A stretch of DNA of 64,000 bases from Laetmonice hystrix (lineage: Eukaryota), in contig OZ249451.1 in the NCBI GenBank assembly GCA_965235115.1, positions 1,550,001 through 1,614,000 of the forward strand, given 5' to 3'. The notes beneath the pieces are model-generated. The model did no database searches, had not been told where the DNA came from, and worked only from the letters and a program-made list of their open reading frames with translations. Below, one piece after another: positions 41,438 to 52,574 of the stretch. Position 1 is the first letter of the stretch. Each line of letters opens with the position of its first letter. The position numbers and the translations under genes are program-made.

Positions 41438-41992
41438 CTACTGCCACCGATGTCCCATATATGGCCTTGATTTAGGATTCGGTAACCAGCTGCGCACCAA
41501 ATGTAAAACACAGTCAGGCATCACGTCCCGTGGATGACTACGACCTCCTGGCCCTATCCACACACATAACTGTCTTTGTTGGTTCTGCTGCATGATGGCC
41601 TCCTTCCTTTCCAGGTAGCGTTGGTCTTGCCACACTCGTCGATGATACAGCATTGTCCAAAATCGCTTGTAATGTGGCTTGCGAAGACAACTATTATTGT
41701 CATCAGGTTCCCTGCTTACTGTTTCCCACCACATCTGTCTGTTCACTTCGTCTGTAATGCAGGGTTTACAGAAGCAGTAGGGGCATTCAGTACAACCCTC
41801 ATTTTGCGGGATACGATACTCCCATGGCCCGTCACTTGTTGCAGGTTCATCCATACATAGCTCCCCAGAATCCAGTGGTTCAATCTCCCAGCCATAATGT
41901 GCGAACATGGAGTAAATGACCTCTTTCTGTTCTGCAGTAACTTTTAGAGACAGTACCTCTGTCTCTAATACACCTACAGTTTTCTTAGCCAT
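41438..41992 (-). CDS. Transposon accessory protein, KolX-like / P2X7 C-terminal (ballast)-like Cys-rich protein (likely start MAKKTV at 41992; ORF open to 42082)
   Basis: CTECPYCFCKPC Cys cluster, N-x3-R-x2-Y-x2-FW segment, and C-terminal RDVMPDCVLHLVRSWLPNP-x4-YMGH resembling R-x2-(I/L)PxC-x4-IR-x2-FP-x5-YxG(F). Head-to-head with the transposase. Confidence 0.75.
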   Translation of the reverse strand: MAKKTVGVLETEVLSLKVTAEQKEVIYSMFAHYGWEIEPLDSGELCMDEPATSDGPWEYRIPQNEGCTECPYCFCKPCITDEVNRQMWWETVSREPDDNNSCLRKPHYKRFWTMLYHRRVWQDQRYLERKEAIMQQNQQRQLCVWIGPGGRSHPRDVMPDCVLHLVRSWLPNPKSRPYMGHRWQ

Positions 41993-42560
41993 AGTGTGTG
42001 TTCTACTGGGTCTGCGAGAAATATCAAAGTAATCCACTGGGACACGTTGCTGACGGCTAGAATAACACATGGGCATGGGCACTGGTCATTCTTTCTCAGA
42101 AGTAACCGCCCTACATGTAATGTGATATCCTTAATTATCATGCAGAACGATTACAATCAGGTAGACAGGTTTCTTGTTTTGCCATAAAAATTATCTGTAA
42201 GTACTTAATCTTGGCAAAAATGTGATAGGATCTTTATTTCTGTCATAGAGAATTCCACTTATATCTTATTCATTTCTGCCCAACACGTGCTAATTGTGCA
42301 CATACTTTCATCCCAAGATAAGGCCATGGGGTTTACCACGCTACCCCCTACCCTGCTTCCTGTGTCCTACTGGCTTATCTTGCTTAAATGTCTGCTTGCA
42401 AGATGAGAAGTCCTGTAACTTTCTACAAATCAGCCAGCATTCGATTAGCCAGATCACGTACTACCTTGGTTCCTTGCACACGCATATTCGCATTCTCCAC
42501 ATCAAATAACACTGCTTCTTTCATTGGAAAGACAAGATATACTGGGAAAGTTCAGTGAAC

Positions 42561-44183
42561 ATGGCTAGCCAACGTACCAGACCACCTTCCTTCAAACTGG
42601 AAATCCAGGCAGATCAAGCTCTAAAGGAATCTCTCTTGACCAAATTAAGAGAGGTGAAGGAAATCCTCCAACAAAAACTACAGCATTTTGTGACCAATTC
42701 TGATGCACTGGAAGAAGTGCTTGATAGCTGGCTGAAGGCAGAGAAAATCACATCGTCAAAAAGTTGCGCAACACCACAAACTACCAACGTGCATCTTGGA
42801 AGGAATAAAGTCAGCCAAGACTTATATGCTGTTACAAAGGATTCCCTAAACAACTTGATGGAGCTGTGTGGGAATCACGGTCGTTTTTGCGGATGTAAAC
42901 TTATGCTAAGGAAAAGCACCTATAGAGGCCATGTCGTCATTTGTAGGATTCAGTGTCAGCGGCTGGGGAAAACAGCTCACAAGTTCTGGTGGACATCTTC
43001 CCCTCTCCTGCCAGATGGTAAATACCTGATCAACCAGAAATTTCAACATGCTGTTGTGTTTAGTGGTATGCTTCCCAGTCATTATGCCCGATTTGCAAAG
43101 GCATTGGGAATGGGATTAATCTCCAAGACATCCAGACAGAATTTCTCCCACAAATACAAGGACTACATCAGTGAGGAGTATAATGAATCACTTGAAATGG
43201 CCCTCCTTCAGGAGGTGGCATTGTACGAGATGGGAGATGGGCCTGAGGAAGAATGGCAAGGGATCGACATCATGACTGATGCACGGCACGGATGGAGAAA
43301 GAATGCCCGTGACACCAGTGTCGTTGCTATAGGTGACAGGAGTCACAAGGTCCTTCAGTGTATTCATGTTACCAAAAATGATGACCACGTCGCTCAACGC
43401 CATGAAACGGTTGGCACTACACGTATATATGAACACTTCGATGAGAAAGACACACCAATCAGGGTACATACACACGACAGAAATATGTCTATTAACAAAC
43501 TTGTCAGAGACAGGGGCACCACCGTGAACCAAAACGACACCTGGCATGGTGTAAAGTCTCTCAAGAAGGCATTACAATCAATAGCTGGAGGCCCACAGTA
43601 CAAGCATGGTGCGACATGGCATACAGATCTATGTGACAAGGTGGAGCCAGTGATAACCCATGCTCACTATACAATTAGGAACTGTGACGGGGATGGTTCA
43701 CAACTCAGGTGTTTACTACTCAACGTGGTATCACATTACAAGGACCAGCATGATCACTGTCCACTTTTGTCCCGCTGTCGCACTGATCCTAACTATGAAC
43801 CATCAAGGGTTGTAATCACAAGCGCAAAAGCAGAGCAACTTTTGGTTACTGCCATTACCAAGAGTGTCCTATATAAGCATCCTGAAGACTTTGTGTTAGG
43901 AAAGGACACATACTATGTTGAGAGCTTCAACAACACGATGAACATATTCCAGGACAAGAGAATTGCTTTTGGGGAATCTCAGTATAAAGTCCGTGCCCAG
44001 ATAGCAGCACTGCACTGGAATGAAAATGTTGATAGGGACTTCACATCTGTATACCAGGCACCACGTGGAAATGCCCCACGGAGTAAGAAGGGGAAGAAAA
44101 ATTACAAGGATTGTACATACCTGTACAGGGACAATGTATGGAAGAGATACATGGATTATATATACACAGAGATGAGGCAGTAA
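42561..44183 (+). CDS. DDE transposase, Kolobok type (540 aa from ATG 42561)
   Basis: Candidate catalytic residues D (IMTDARH), D (HTHDRN) and E (TYYVESFNN); D-x-W-H motif (NDTWH); His/Cys cluster HYKDQHDHC...C; C-terminal AALHWNEN..R motif. Uninterrupted ORF inside TIR/TTAA boundaries. Confidence 0.88.
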   Translation: MASQRTRPPSFKLEIQADQALKESLLTKLREVKEILQQKLQHFVTNSDALEEVLDSWLKAEKITSSKSCATPQTTNVHLGRNKVSQDLYAVTKDSLNNLMELCGNHGRFCGCKLMLRKSTYRGHVVICRIQCQRLGKTAHKFWWTSSPLLPDGKYLINQKFQHAVVFSGMLPSHYARFAKALGMGLISKTSRQNFSHKYKDYISEEYNESLEMALLQEVALYEMGDGPEEEWQGIDIMTDARHGWRKNARDTSVVAIGDRSHKVLQCIHVTKNDDHVAQRHETVGTTRIYEHFDEKDTPIRVHTHDRNMSINKLVRDRGTTVNQNDTWHGVKSLKKALQSIAGGPQYKHGATWHTDLCDKVEPVITHAHYTIRNCDGDGSQLRCLLLNVVSHYKDQHDHCPLLSRCRTDPNYEPSRVVITSAKAEQLLVTAITKSVLYKHPEDFVLGKDTYYVESFNNTMNIFQDKRIAFGESQYKVRAQIAALHWNENVDRDFTSVYQAPRGNAPRSKKGKKNYKDCTYLYRDNVWKRYMDYIYTEMRQ

Positions 44184-44866
44184 TATGACCATTCAAGGTT
44201 GGTAAATATATTTTTGTACTAATCCATGTTGGGATGCAGAATTTATTTTAAGGGGGGGGGGGCAACCATCGGGTAAATTTGATTTTTAAACTTCTTTGCT
44301 TTATTATTTTAGGATGTATAATAAAGTAGACTTACATGTAATAGCATTCCTAAATTATTTTCATTGAGGTAAACTCATTATTCCAATTTTTTTTAAAACA
44401 TGATATCATATACATGTAGAACCAATACATTGCCTGGAATTGGGGGGGGGGGGGGGGGGGGCTGGAGCCCCGTTAGCCCCCTGGATCCTCATAGATATTA
44501 TCCCACTACTTATTTATGATATAATATATAAGATTAGGTAATTTATTCAGTATCTATATATCTTAAAATTTATAGGGTAAAAATACTCATTTTGCCATTT
44601 AAAAAAACTTAAAACATTGACAAGCCTGGGCATGCTGACATATATGCTGTATGTATAGGTCGGCAGACACTGGGGATGTTGTCATGATGGCCAGCTCTTG
44701 GTGTTGCTAGGATACCAGCTGGCCCCCTCCCCATTGGCTCCAGCGATAACTGAGGCCCTGCCCCCATACCTTCTAATTGGCCTGAGGGTTTTATGGCCTT
44801 CCACCCGGAAAAAGGCGGCGGGAAACCCCGGTCTTTAAAGGAAGTCGATTTCGTCGTTTGTCATCA

Positions 44867-46198
44867 GTTATCCGTGAATAACGGAGTACTTAACGAAAGG
44901 CTACAAACTGGCAAACGTTATCCGTGAATAACGGAGTAACGAAAGGCCACAAACTGGCAAACGTTATCAGTGAATAACGGAGTAACGAAAGGCTACAAAC
45001 TGGCAAAAGTTATCCGTGAATAACGGAGTAACGAAAGGCTACAAAATGGCAAACGTTATCCGTGAATAACGGAGTAGCGAAAGGCTACAAACTGGCAAAA
45101 GTTATCCGTGAATAACGGAGTAACGAAAGGCTACAAACTGGCAAACGTTATCCTTGAATAACGGTGTAACGAAAGGCTACAAACTGGCAAACGTTATCCG
45201 TGAATAACGGTGTAACGAAAGGCTACAAACTGGCAAACGTTATCCTTGAATAACGGAGTAACGAAAGGCTACAAACTGGCAAACGTTATCCGTGAATAAC
45301 GGAGTAACGAAAGGCTACAAACTGGCAAACGTTATCCGTGAATAACGGAGTAACGAAAGGCTACAAACTGGCAAACGTTATCCGTGAATAACGGAGTAAC
45401 GAAAGGCTACAAACTGGCAAACGTTATCCGTGAATAACGGAGTAACGAAAGGCTACAAACTGGCAAACGTTATCCGTGAATAACGGAGTAACGAACGGCT
45501 ACAAACTGGCAAAAGTTATCCGTGAATAACGGAGTAACGAAAGGCTACAAACTGGCAAAAGTTATCCGTGAATAACGGAGTAACGAAAGGCTACAAACTG
45601 GCAAACGTTATCCGTGAATAACGGAGTAACGAAAGGCTACAAACTGGCAAACGTTATCCTTGAATAACGGAGTAACGAAAGGCTACAAACTGGCAAACGT
45701 TATCCGTGAATAACGGAGTAACGAAAGGCTACAAACTGGCAAACGTTATCCGTGAATAACGGAGTAACGAAAGGCTACAAACTGGCAAACGTTATCCGTG
45801 AATATCGGAGTAACGAACGGCTACAAACTGGCAAACGTTATCCGTGAATAACGGAGTAACGAACGGCTACAAACTGGCAAAAGTTATCCGTGAATAACGG
45901 AGTAACGAACGGCTACAAACTGGCAAACGTTATCCGTGAATAACGGAGTAACGAAAGGCTACAAACTGGCAAACGTTATCCGTGAATAACGGAGTAACGA
46001 ACGGCTACAAACTGGCAAACGTTATCCGTGAATAACGGAGTAACGAACGGCTACAAACTGGCAAACGTTATCCGTGAATAACGGAGTAACGAACGGCTAC
46101 AAACTGGCAAACGTTATCCGTGAATAACGGAGTAACGAACGGCTACAAACTGGCAAACGTTATCCGTGAATAACGGAGTAACGAACGGCTACAAACTG
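44867..46198. repeat. 46-bp satellite, about 29 copies
   Basis: Unit gttatccgtgaataacggagtaacgaa(a/c)ggctacaaactggcaaac. Confidence 0.95.
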
Positions 46199-46620
46199 TG
46201 AAATTAAACGTTACCCCCAGACAGTGTTCCAGTCGATGGGGTAACTCTTCTCACCCCCAGGAAAGGCCGACACTGTGACCTCGGAGTATTCAGTCAGAGA
46301 GGCTCTCAATCAGCCAAACGTAACTATACTTCAATACCAGTGTAACAACACGTCATCACTCAGTCTGAGCTTGTGTTAGACAACAAAACAATTACCATCA
46401 GGAGGATCCTTCCGTTTACCTGAGGTTAGACCATGGGACGGGCACAGGTAGCTATTGTTAAGGGGACAGGGGGTCAAGCACTCAATATCGTTTTTATTGT
46501 TAGCATTCATCTGAGTAACAATCACTCTCGGATGTCACCTTGTTGCCAAGCAACGGTAAACTATTTCCATGTAGTTTTCCCAGGTATGATGGGGTTGTTC
46601 ATGTTATGAGAACAAGAAAA

Positions 46621-46910
46621 TTGTAGGTGTGTTACATTGAGTGTGGACCGCCAGGTGATCCACTGATTGTAGGTGTGTTACATTGAGTGTGGACCGCCAG
46701 GTGATCCACTGATTGTAGGTGTGTTACATTGAGTGTGGACCGCCAGGTGATCCACTGATTGTAGGTGTGTTACATTGAGTGTGGACCGCCAGGTGATCCA
46801 CTGATTGTAGGTGTGTTACATTGAGTGTGGACCGCCAGGTGATCCACTGATTGTAGGTGTGTTACATTGAGTGTGGACCGCCAGGTGATCCACTGATTGT
46901 AGGTGTGTTA
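46621..46910. repeat. 46-bp perfect minisatellite, about 6 copies
   Basis: Unit tgtaggtgtgttacattgagtgtggaccgccaggtgatccactgat. Confidence 0.95.
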
Positions 46911-47152
46911 CACCGGTCTCCATCGATCCGGGGTCGTGGCCACGTATAAATATTTCATTGTCAGTGGTCTCCGTGCCGACGATGTCACAGTGGACATGAC
47001 ATGGTCTGTGACCTGGCTAATAATGACGTCCTTAACGTGCACGACATGACACCATGTGGCACGAACTGGCGGTCGTACTGCCCCGGAAACTGGCGTCGGG
47101 GGGAGGGAGGTATGGTGACCACAATAACTGTACCCACTGCCCACACCCGAAC

Positions 47153-47380
47153 CGCAGGTCTCCTGGCCTCTGGTCTCCTGGCCGCTAGTCTCCTGGCCGC
47201 TGGTCTCCTGGCCGCAGGTCTCCTGGCCGCTGGTCTCCTGCCGCTGGTCTCCTGGCCGCTGGTCTCTTGGCCGCTGGTCTCCCGGCCCCATGGTCTCCCG
47301 GCCCCCGGCCCCCCGGTCCCACGGTCTCCCGGTCCCCGGTCTCCGGTCTCCCAGCCACCGGTCTCCCGGCCCCCAGCCAC
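47153..47380. repeat. 15-bp GC-rich minisatellite decaying into low complexity
   Basis: Unit ggtctcctggccgct. Confidence 0.85.
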
Positions 47381-47490
47381 ATGACAACCGGGGTGAAATA
47401 TACAATATTCTGGTGTCCTTCATTACCCTACAACCGATCCCATCGTATTCTGACTGGGTTCCTGATCCCTCTGACGGATGATTAATATGA

Positions 47491-47570
47491 AGAGAGTGCA
47501 TTTCCTTGCGAGTCTAGACTTATCGACAACGAGAGTGCATTTCCTTGCGAGTCTAGACTTATCGACAACG
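47491..47570. repeat. 39-bp tandem duplication
   Basis: gagagtgcatttccttgcgagtctagacttatcgacaac x2. Confidence 0.9.
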
Positions 47571-48323
47571 ATATTTTTTCTCGAAAAACAGACTCCCAGA
47601 GATGATCAGGGTCCTGAGAAATGTAATCAAGTTGAACGCTGAGAGGGTTGGAAGGGTGAGGGTGACTGGTAGTGGGGTTACAGGGGTCAGGGTACCAGAG
47701 GTAAACAATGCCCTGTGTGAGGGGTGAAGGAAGCACGAGGCAGGGTATCCCAAACATGCACCCCTTGACTTTCACCCAATGTTTGCTGTACCTAAAACAG
47801 CTACCATGGCAACCTCTAGGGTCAGCTGGTGCACAGAGAAACAACGTCCATCCCAGCCCCCTCCCAACCACCACCGACCACAATATATACAATGTACTGA
47901 CCACTATACTGACCACCTATTGTCATACATAAATCTGGGTTTCTAATCTCAGACAGGGGTAAATAAAAGGGGTTATATATCGATCTTGGGGGTGCAGATC
48001 TGGACCAGATAAGAACAGTCACTTCTCAGACAACCTCACATACCCTGAACCCTATCTAATATACCCCTCTGATGGGTGACCACTGGCCATGGAGGGGGTT
48101 GACCAATGATGACTCGGCTCTCGTCAGGTCTATTGAAGGCCGGTCTGGCCATTGTCTGCCCGAGATCTGTCTGTTCATGACCATTTAATTACAGAGCGCA
48201 TTTCTCAACTCGAATAGAAACTTGAAAACTACTTAGATAACCATTATAATTTGTCACTGCCCCTTGTCAAGGAACAAGTATAGTTTGTTGAGATAATCAG
48301 AATATATCAGTAATCAGCATCGG

Positions 48324-49944
48324 GTTATGTAAAATAATCCAAGATTAAACTTTCATCATTTAAACCCGTGTACAATTCTGTAATAAGTTATGGTTCCATG
48401 GAGATTTAACTTCTTGATTATAAGGATTATCTTTCACACAGTGTAATACCAATTCTCCTGTTATCACGACTATTATAATCTGATTACAGAAACACGAATC
48501 TACCGAATGATTGCCATAGCAACCACAACTTCCTGCTCCTCGTGTACGGGTGAGAAATGTCGATAATTTCACGTTTTGAATTAACAGCTGCGTGAGCTGA
48601 CATCAACTAGATGTATTCTTGTAACTCACCACGACAGATCATGTCGGTTTGTGGTGACCATATGGTCTTTCTATCTCCAATCCACAACTCACCATATTGT
48701 CCTCCATCCATCAATGTTACGTCACAGCTTACATTGATGGCTCCTTCAAAGTTACGAAACTTTCAAGTTGGAATCCAGTCGAGCGTTTGGTGAGAGCGTT
48801 AATGGTTGTCGAGTGTCGTTGACCGTGAAAACTCTGCGCCAAGGCTTGCCGTGAGGAGAGGCAAACACGACACGTTATGACGTAATGATTCAGGTGGAGA
48901 ACTCTCGAATTACTGCCGACTTCACACGGCCCCTGGACCTGGCTATATCCCTGACGTCTCCCTATACACCTGTCGACATTAATATCTGCCCGCCAACAGA
49001 CGCTTGGCCCGCCGCATTCCGGCGTGTCCCGTCTCCGTATGCATAACGTTCTGTCGTTACGTCACAAACCGTCAGTTCGTGTCGTCATCAGATGACGTTA
49101 CGTACCCAATGACGCGACGTCACGCCGTGACGCGACGTAACGGAACATATACTCATCATTAATCATAAACCACCGAGATATTAGCAGTATGCTGGGATGT
49201 TATGTACGCAGGTATCAATGTTATGTACGTAGGTATCAATGTTATGTACGCAGGTATCAATGTTATGTAGACAGGTATCAATGTTATGTACGCAGGTATC
49301 AATGTTATGTACGCAGGTATCAATGCGGGAACCGTGGTAATAATGGTCAACGCTTGATTCCATTCCCCCTTCAGTCATTGACCACGAAAAACACACATGT
49401 ACCATACCAAACTATTTATAATAGCAAAATTCAAATCAGGTGTCGTTAAAATGTAATAAAGCCATTCAAACGACTACAATAAGGACATTAGGTTTTTCAC
49501 GGTTTCCCTTTTTATGAGGGCTACACAAACGGCTGTGGTTGAGTTGATCAGTGAAAGTTTGCAATCATTACTGAGGTCTTATTGTCCGTTACCTCCAACA
49601 AAAGATACCCGCTGTGCAGTGAGAGTTGTGAGACCAAAGGCAGCCTATCTATAACTCCTGGGTAACCACCCGCGTCCCTCCGTGAACCAAATATAGGACT
49701 ATATCTCCACCACAGGTCCGCTCTGTGATAGAGGGAGGGGGGGGGACGTTATTCCTTCTATCTGCTCTATTGTGCATGGGCGGTACAGGCCCGTGACCAA
49801 ATTACGGGTAAGAATACGCTAAGAATACCTGCTCGGCCCCCACCGGCCCGGCTCTCGGCCCCCGCCTGCCTGGCGGCCCCGACACCCCAGTCATCCTGTC
49901 CGTCATTCTACCCACCACGGCCAACCGTCTGGACATTACGTAAC
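48324..49944. promoter_or_regulatory. Intronic cluster of PAR-bZIP D-box and CRE/D-box hybrid sites
   Basis: GTTATGTAAA 48324, ATGACGTAAT 48877, GTTACGTCAC 49056, several ACGT cores at 49092-49141, ATTACGTAAC 49935. Confidence 0.45.
49190..49325. repeat. 21-bp minisatellite, about 6 copies
   Basis: Unit aggtatcaatgttatgtacgc. Confidence 0.92.
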
Positions 49945-51847
49945 GCTATCAAATATTTGCCGGTGTCGGCGTAACGTACCGACTGCCAGTCTGCGTACAG
50001 TATGGGAAATGTCGGTGCTTGTGTAACCGGATTGGTGGTATGAGTTGGTGTGAGTGATGGTCAGTGAAAGGGTGGGGGGTTAAACTGACCGTTGGTCACT
50101 CGATACAACACAACCAGCAGGCAATATTAGGCGACCAAACCACACTTTTAATCTCAGTCCACTGAGTTGTTAAAGAGCTCTACATCAGAACGGAGGTTTT
50201 AAAGCGTTGATTATAGCATTATTCAGAAAGATTCCAACCCTATAGAATTTCTCTGTAAACAATCGCAAACCGTTCCCAATACTGGATATCTGGCGTTTTT
50301 CACAACTTCCCCTCGCGCCCATAGCGATCAGTTCAATCGTTTGGTCACGTGACATACCATAAAATTGGTCTAACTCAGACTATATTAATCTGTTTGATAA
50401 ACATCGGGGGAAAGGAGTGTGTCTTTATACAGGTGAAGGGAGGGTAACGTATACTACCCTCACCATCAACCCCACATCTGACAGAGGGTAAACTTCCCTT
50501 ACCCTCATCGGACAGTTACGTGTCAACCGCTGTGCCGGGGCAGGCCAAGTGAAACTGGGATGACGCTAGGAATCTTAGAAATGTTAGGGGTAAAGAGCCC
50601 CATCCAGAAAATAGCTCTATCCTTTTGTGGTCCACTCATATATCACAGTGCTGTACATAGACTGATTCCATGCTCACAAACCCTTAACCAATCGATTTTA
50701 TAGACTATCAAGGGGCCGTGGTAGTATAGTGTGCAGTCTACACGCTGGGGGTTCCCCCTCCAGGGTGGTATAGCCCTGGAGTGACGGTTACCCTCCTGGC
50801 TGGTACAGGCCTGGAGTAACACCAGCTGACCCTGTCGGTCTGGGGTCAGGGCCTCGATCTGGTCAGCTAACATCTTCACGTCACGAATAGTTCTACAGAT
50901 CTGACCTCCGGAAATAAAACAAAGGTCAGAGGGCGGCCAGTTGTTTGTAAACGCCAGTGGTGACTGGCATCACGTGACCCGGGGAGAGTTTTAGGAAGAC
51001 CTCCCCCCTTCTCCTGGTCAATCTTAGTCACCCCACACGCACCCTCACTCGGCGTCCGGAGAGTTCAGACAGTATCAGTGTGGCTATCCGCCGGTAGGTG
51101 GCTGAGGTCGAGCCGGGGCCGCCGCCAGCTTGACCTCCCGGTCATCGCTCCGCCGACTGCGGGCAAAGGTCATAATACGGTGATACTCAGCTCAACGACC
51201 CCACAACACCAGCACCAATTTACGCCTCATCCCCTGCACAATCCAATTGAGATGTACAATGGCAATATGTGGCCATGTCAGGGGTGGGTTTGATATTCAA
51301 GTCCGTATCTAGAGGTAGTTCCTAAGGTTTACGGCATGGCTCATGTTACTAAGGTCAGAGATAACGGTACCAACTTGACCGCACGGGCGCAGGTTCAAGG
51401 ACTCGACACCTCTCAACCAATTCATCGACTATCAATCGCTGCTACATTACTCCATCTTACAATGTGAGGTCCTGTCTCTCTCAGCAAACAGTGACGGGTG
51501 AAGGTAGTAAATCTGAGGGCAAGCTATGAAAATCTGCCACCTTCAATTCGACATCACGCTATGTGTAGCCTACATAGGGGCCTACATTGTACAGCAATCA
51601 CGTCAGTCACAACCGGCATCTATAAATGTATTCAATGATCGCTTATCAATTTAATTTCAAAATATCTAAAGTCTCAAAATATTATATAGAGATGATTCTT
51701 GGAACTCCCATGATATATGCTGCATGATTTTATGAACTCTGTGAGGGATTCCCTAATCTGTGATGTCTTCCTCGAGTTCAATATCCATAACCGATTTTAT
51801 TTTATTCTGCAGTGTTTCAAGTCTGATAGAGTACAATGCTTCGCTTT

Positions 51848-52053
51848 ACCAAAACTAGAAACATGAATCCACTCCAGCAAAACTAGAAGCATGAATCCAC
51901 TCCACCAAATCTAGAAACATGAATCCACTCCACTAAAACTAGAAGCATGAATCCACTGATGCACTCCACCAAAACTTGAAACATGAATCCACTCCACCAA
52001 AACTAGAAACATGAATCCACTCCACCAAAACTAGAAACATGAATCCACTCCAC
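51848..52053. repeat. 28-bp minisatellite, about 7 copies
   Basis: Unit ccaccaaaactagaaacatgaatccact. Confidence 0.9.
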
Positions 52054-52574
52054 AAAAAATGGTTAAACTCAATTTTGTATACTGAAATAAATTGTCCAAT
52101 CACCACTGCCCTTGGCGATTGCATTTCCAACTATTTTTTTAAATGACTCCAAAAAGATTCGGAGGCCCTCGGATAGATCGGAAACCTGAGCCTCCCCCCC
52201 CCCCCAAAAAAAATGTTTCTGATGATGAAAGAAACACTATATATTTCGATTTTATCACCGTTCACTTTGATCTACAAATTATAATTTACCGGAAAAACTG
52301 CATGTCTTTGTTCAGACCTGGGCAGGCCAGGGCTATAAGTCCTACCCTTCCAAATAAACCGACAATAATGTTATACAATCACATGCGGTTGTGGCGTATA
52401 GTTGGGTGAAAGCTCTCAGACGTGAGGCTGGTAGACCCGACACTGACGAGTACAGACAACCCCACCACACTCCGGCCACCCCTCAACCCCCCAACCCTAG
52501 GGCCGGACTGGCTGCAGCAGTTACCTCACCCTGATCAGTATATCAACATCAAGTAAGAAGAAAAATCTACCTAC

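Larger units (their letters stand above)
40738..44834. mobile_element. Full-length, apparently autonomous Kolobok-superfamily DNA transposon (4097 bp)
   Basis: TTAA at 40734-40737 and 44835-44838. Termini AGGCCGGGG...CCCCGGTCT (8/9 inverted match, RR...YY ends). Inverted subterminal motifs GGGGGCAG (40743 and 44758) and GCCAATGG (40763 and 44731). Two intact divergent ORFs inside. Confidence 0.85.
2306..52574 (-). other. Inferred GT-AG intron of about 50.3 kb in the bZIP gene
   Basis: Phase-compatible donor and acceptor; no convincing same-strand coding exon of this gene seen between them. Confidence 0.65.

Noticed and set aside
42561-44183. Transposase as Mutator/MULE
   Set aside because: D-x-x-H and the ESFN region are compatible, but the 4-bp TTAA duplication, RR...YY short ends, LHWNEN motif and KolX-like partner fit Kolobok better.
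40738-44834. KolobokP-type architecture with long terminal direct repeats
   Set aside because: The first and last 450-660 bp show no direct similarity, and the partner ORF is not a His-Me finger nuclease.
44867-46198. Palindrome-containing 46-bp repeats as a CRISPR array
   Set aside because: Units are head-to-tail with no unique spacers, there are no cas genes, and the context is eukaryotic.
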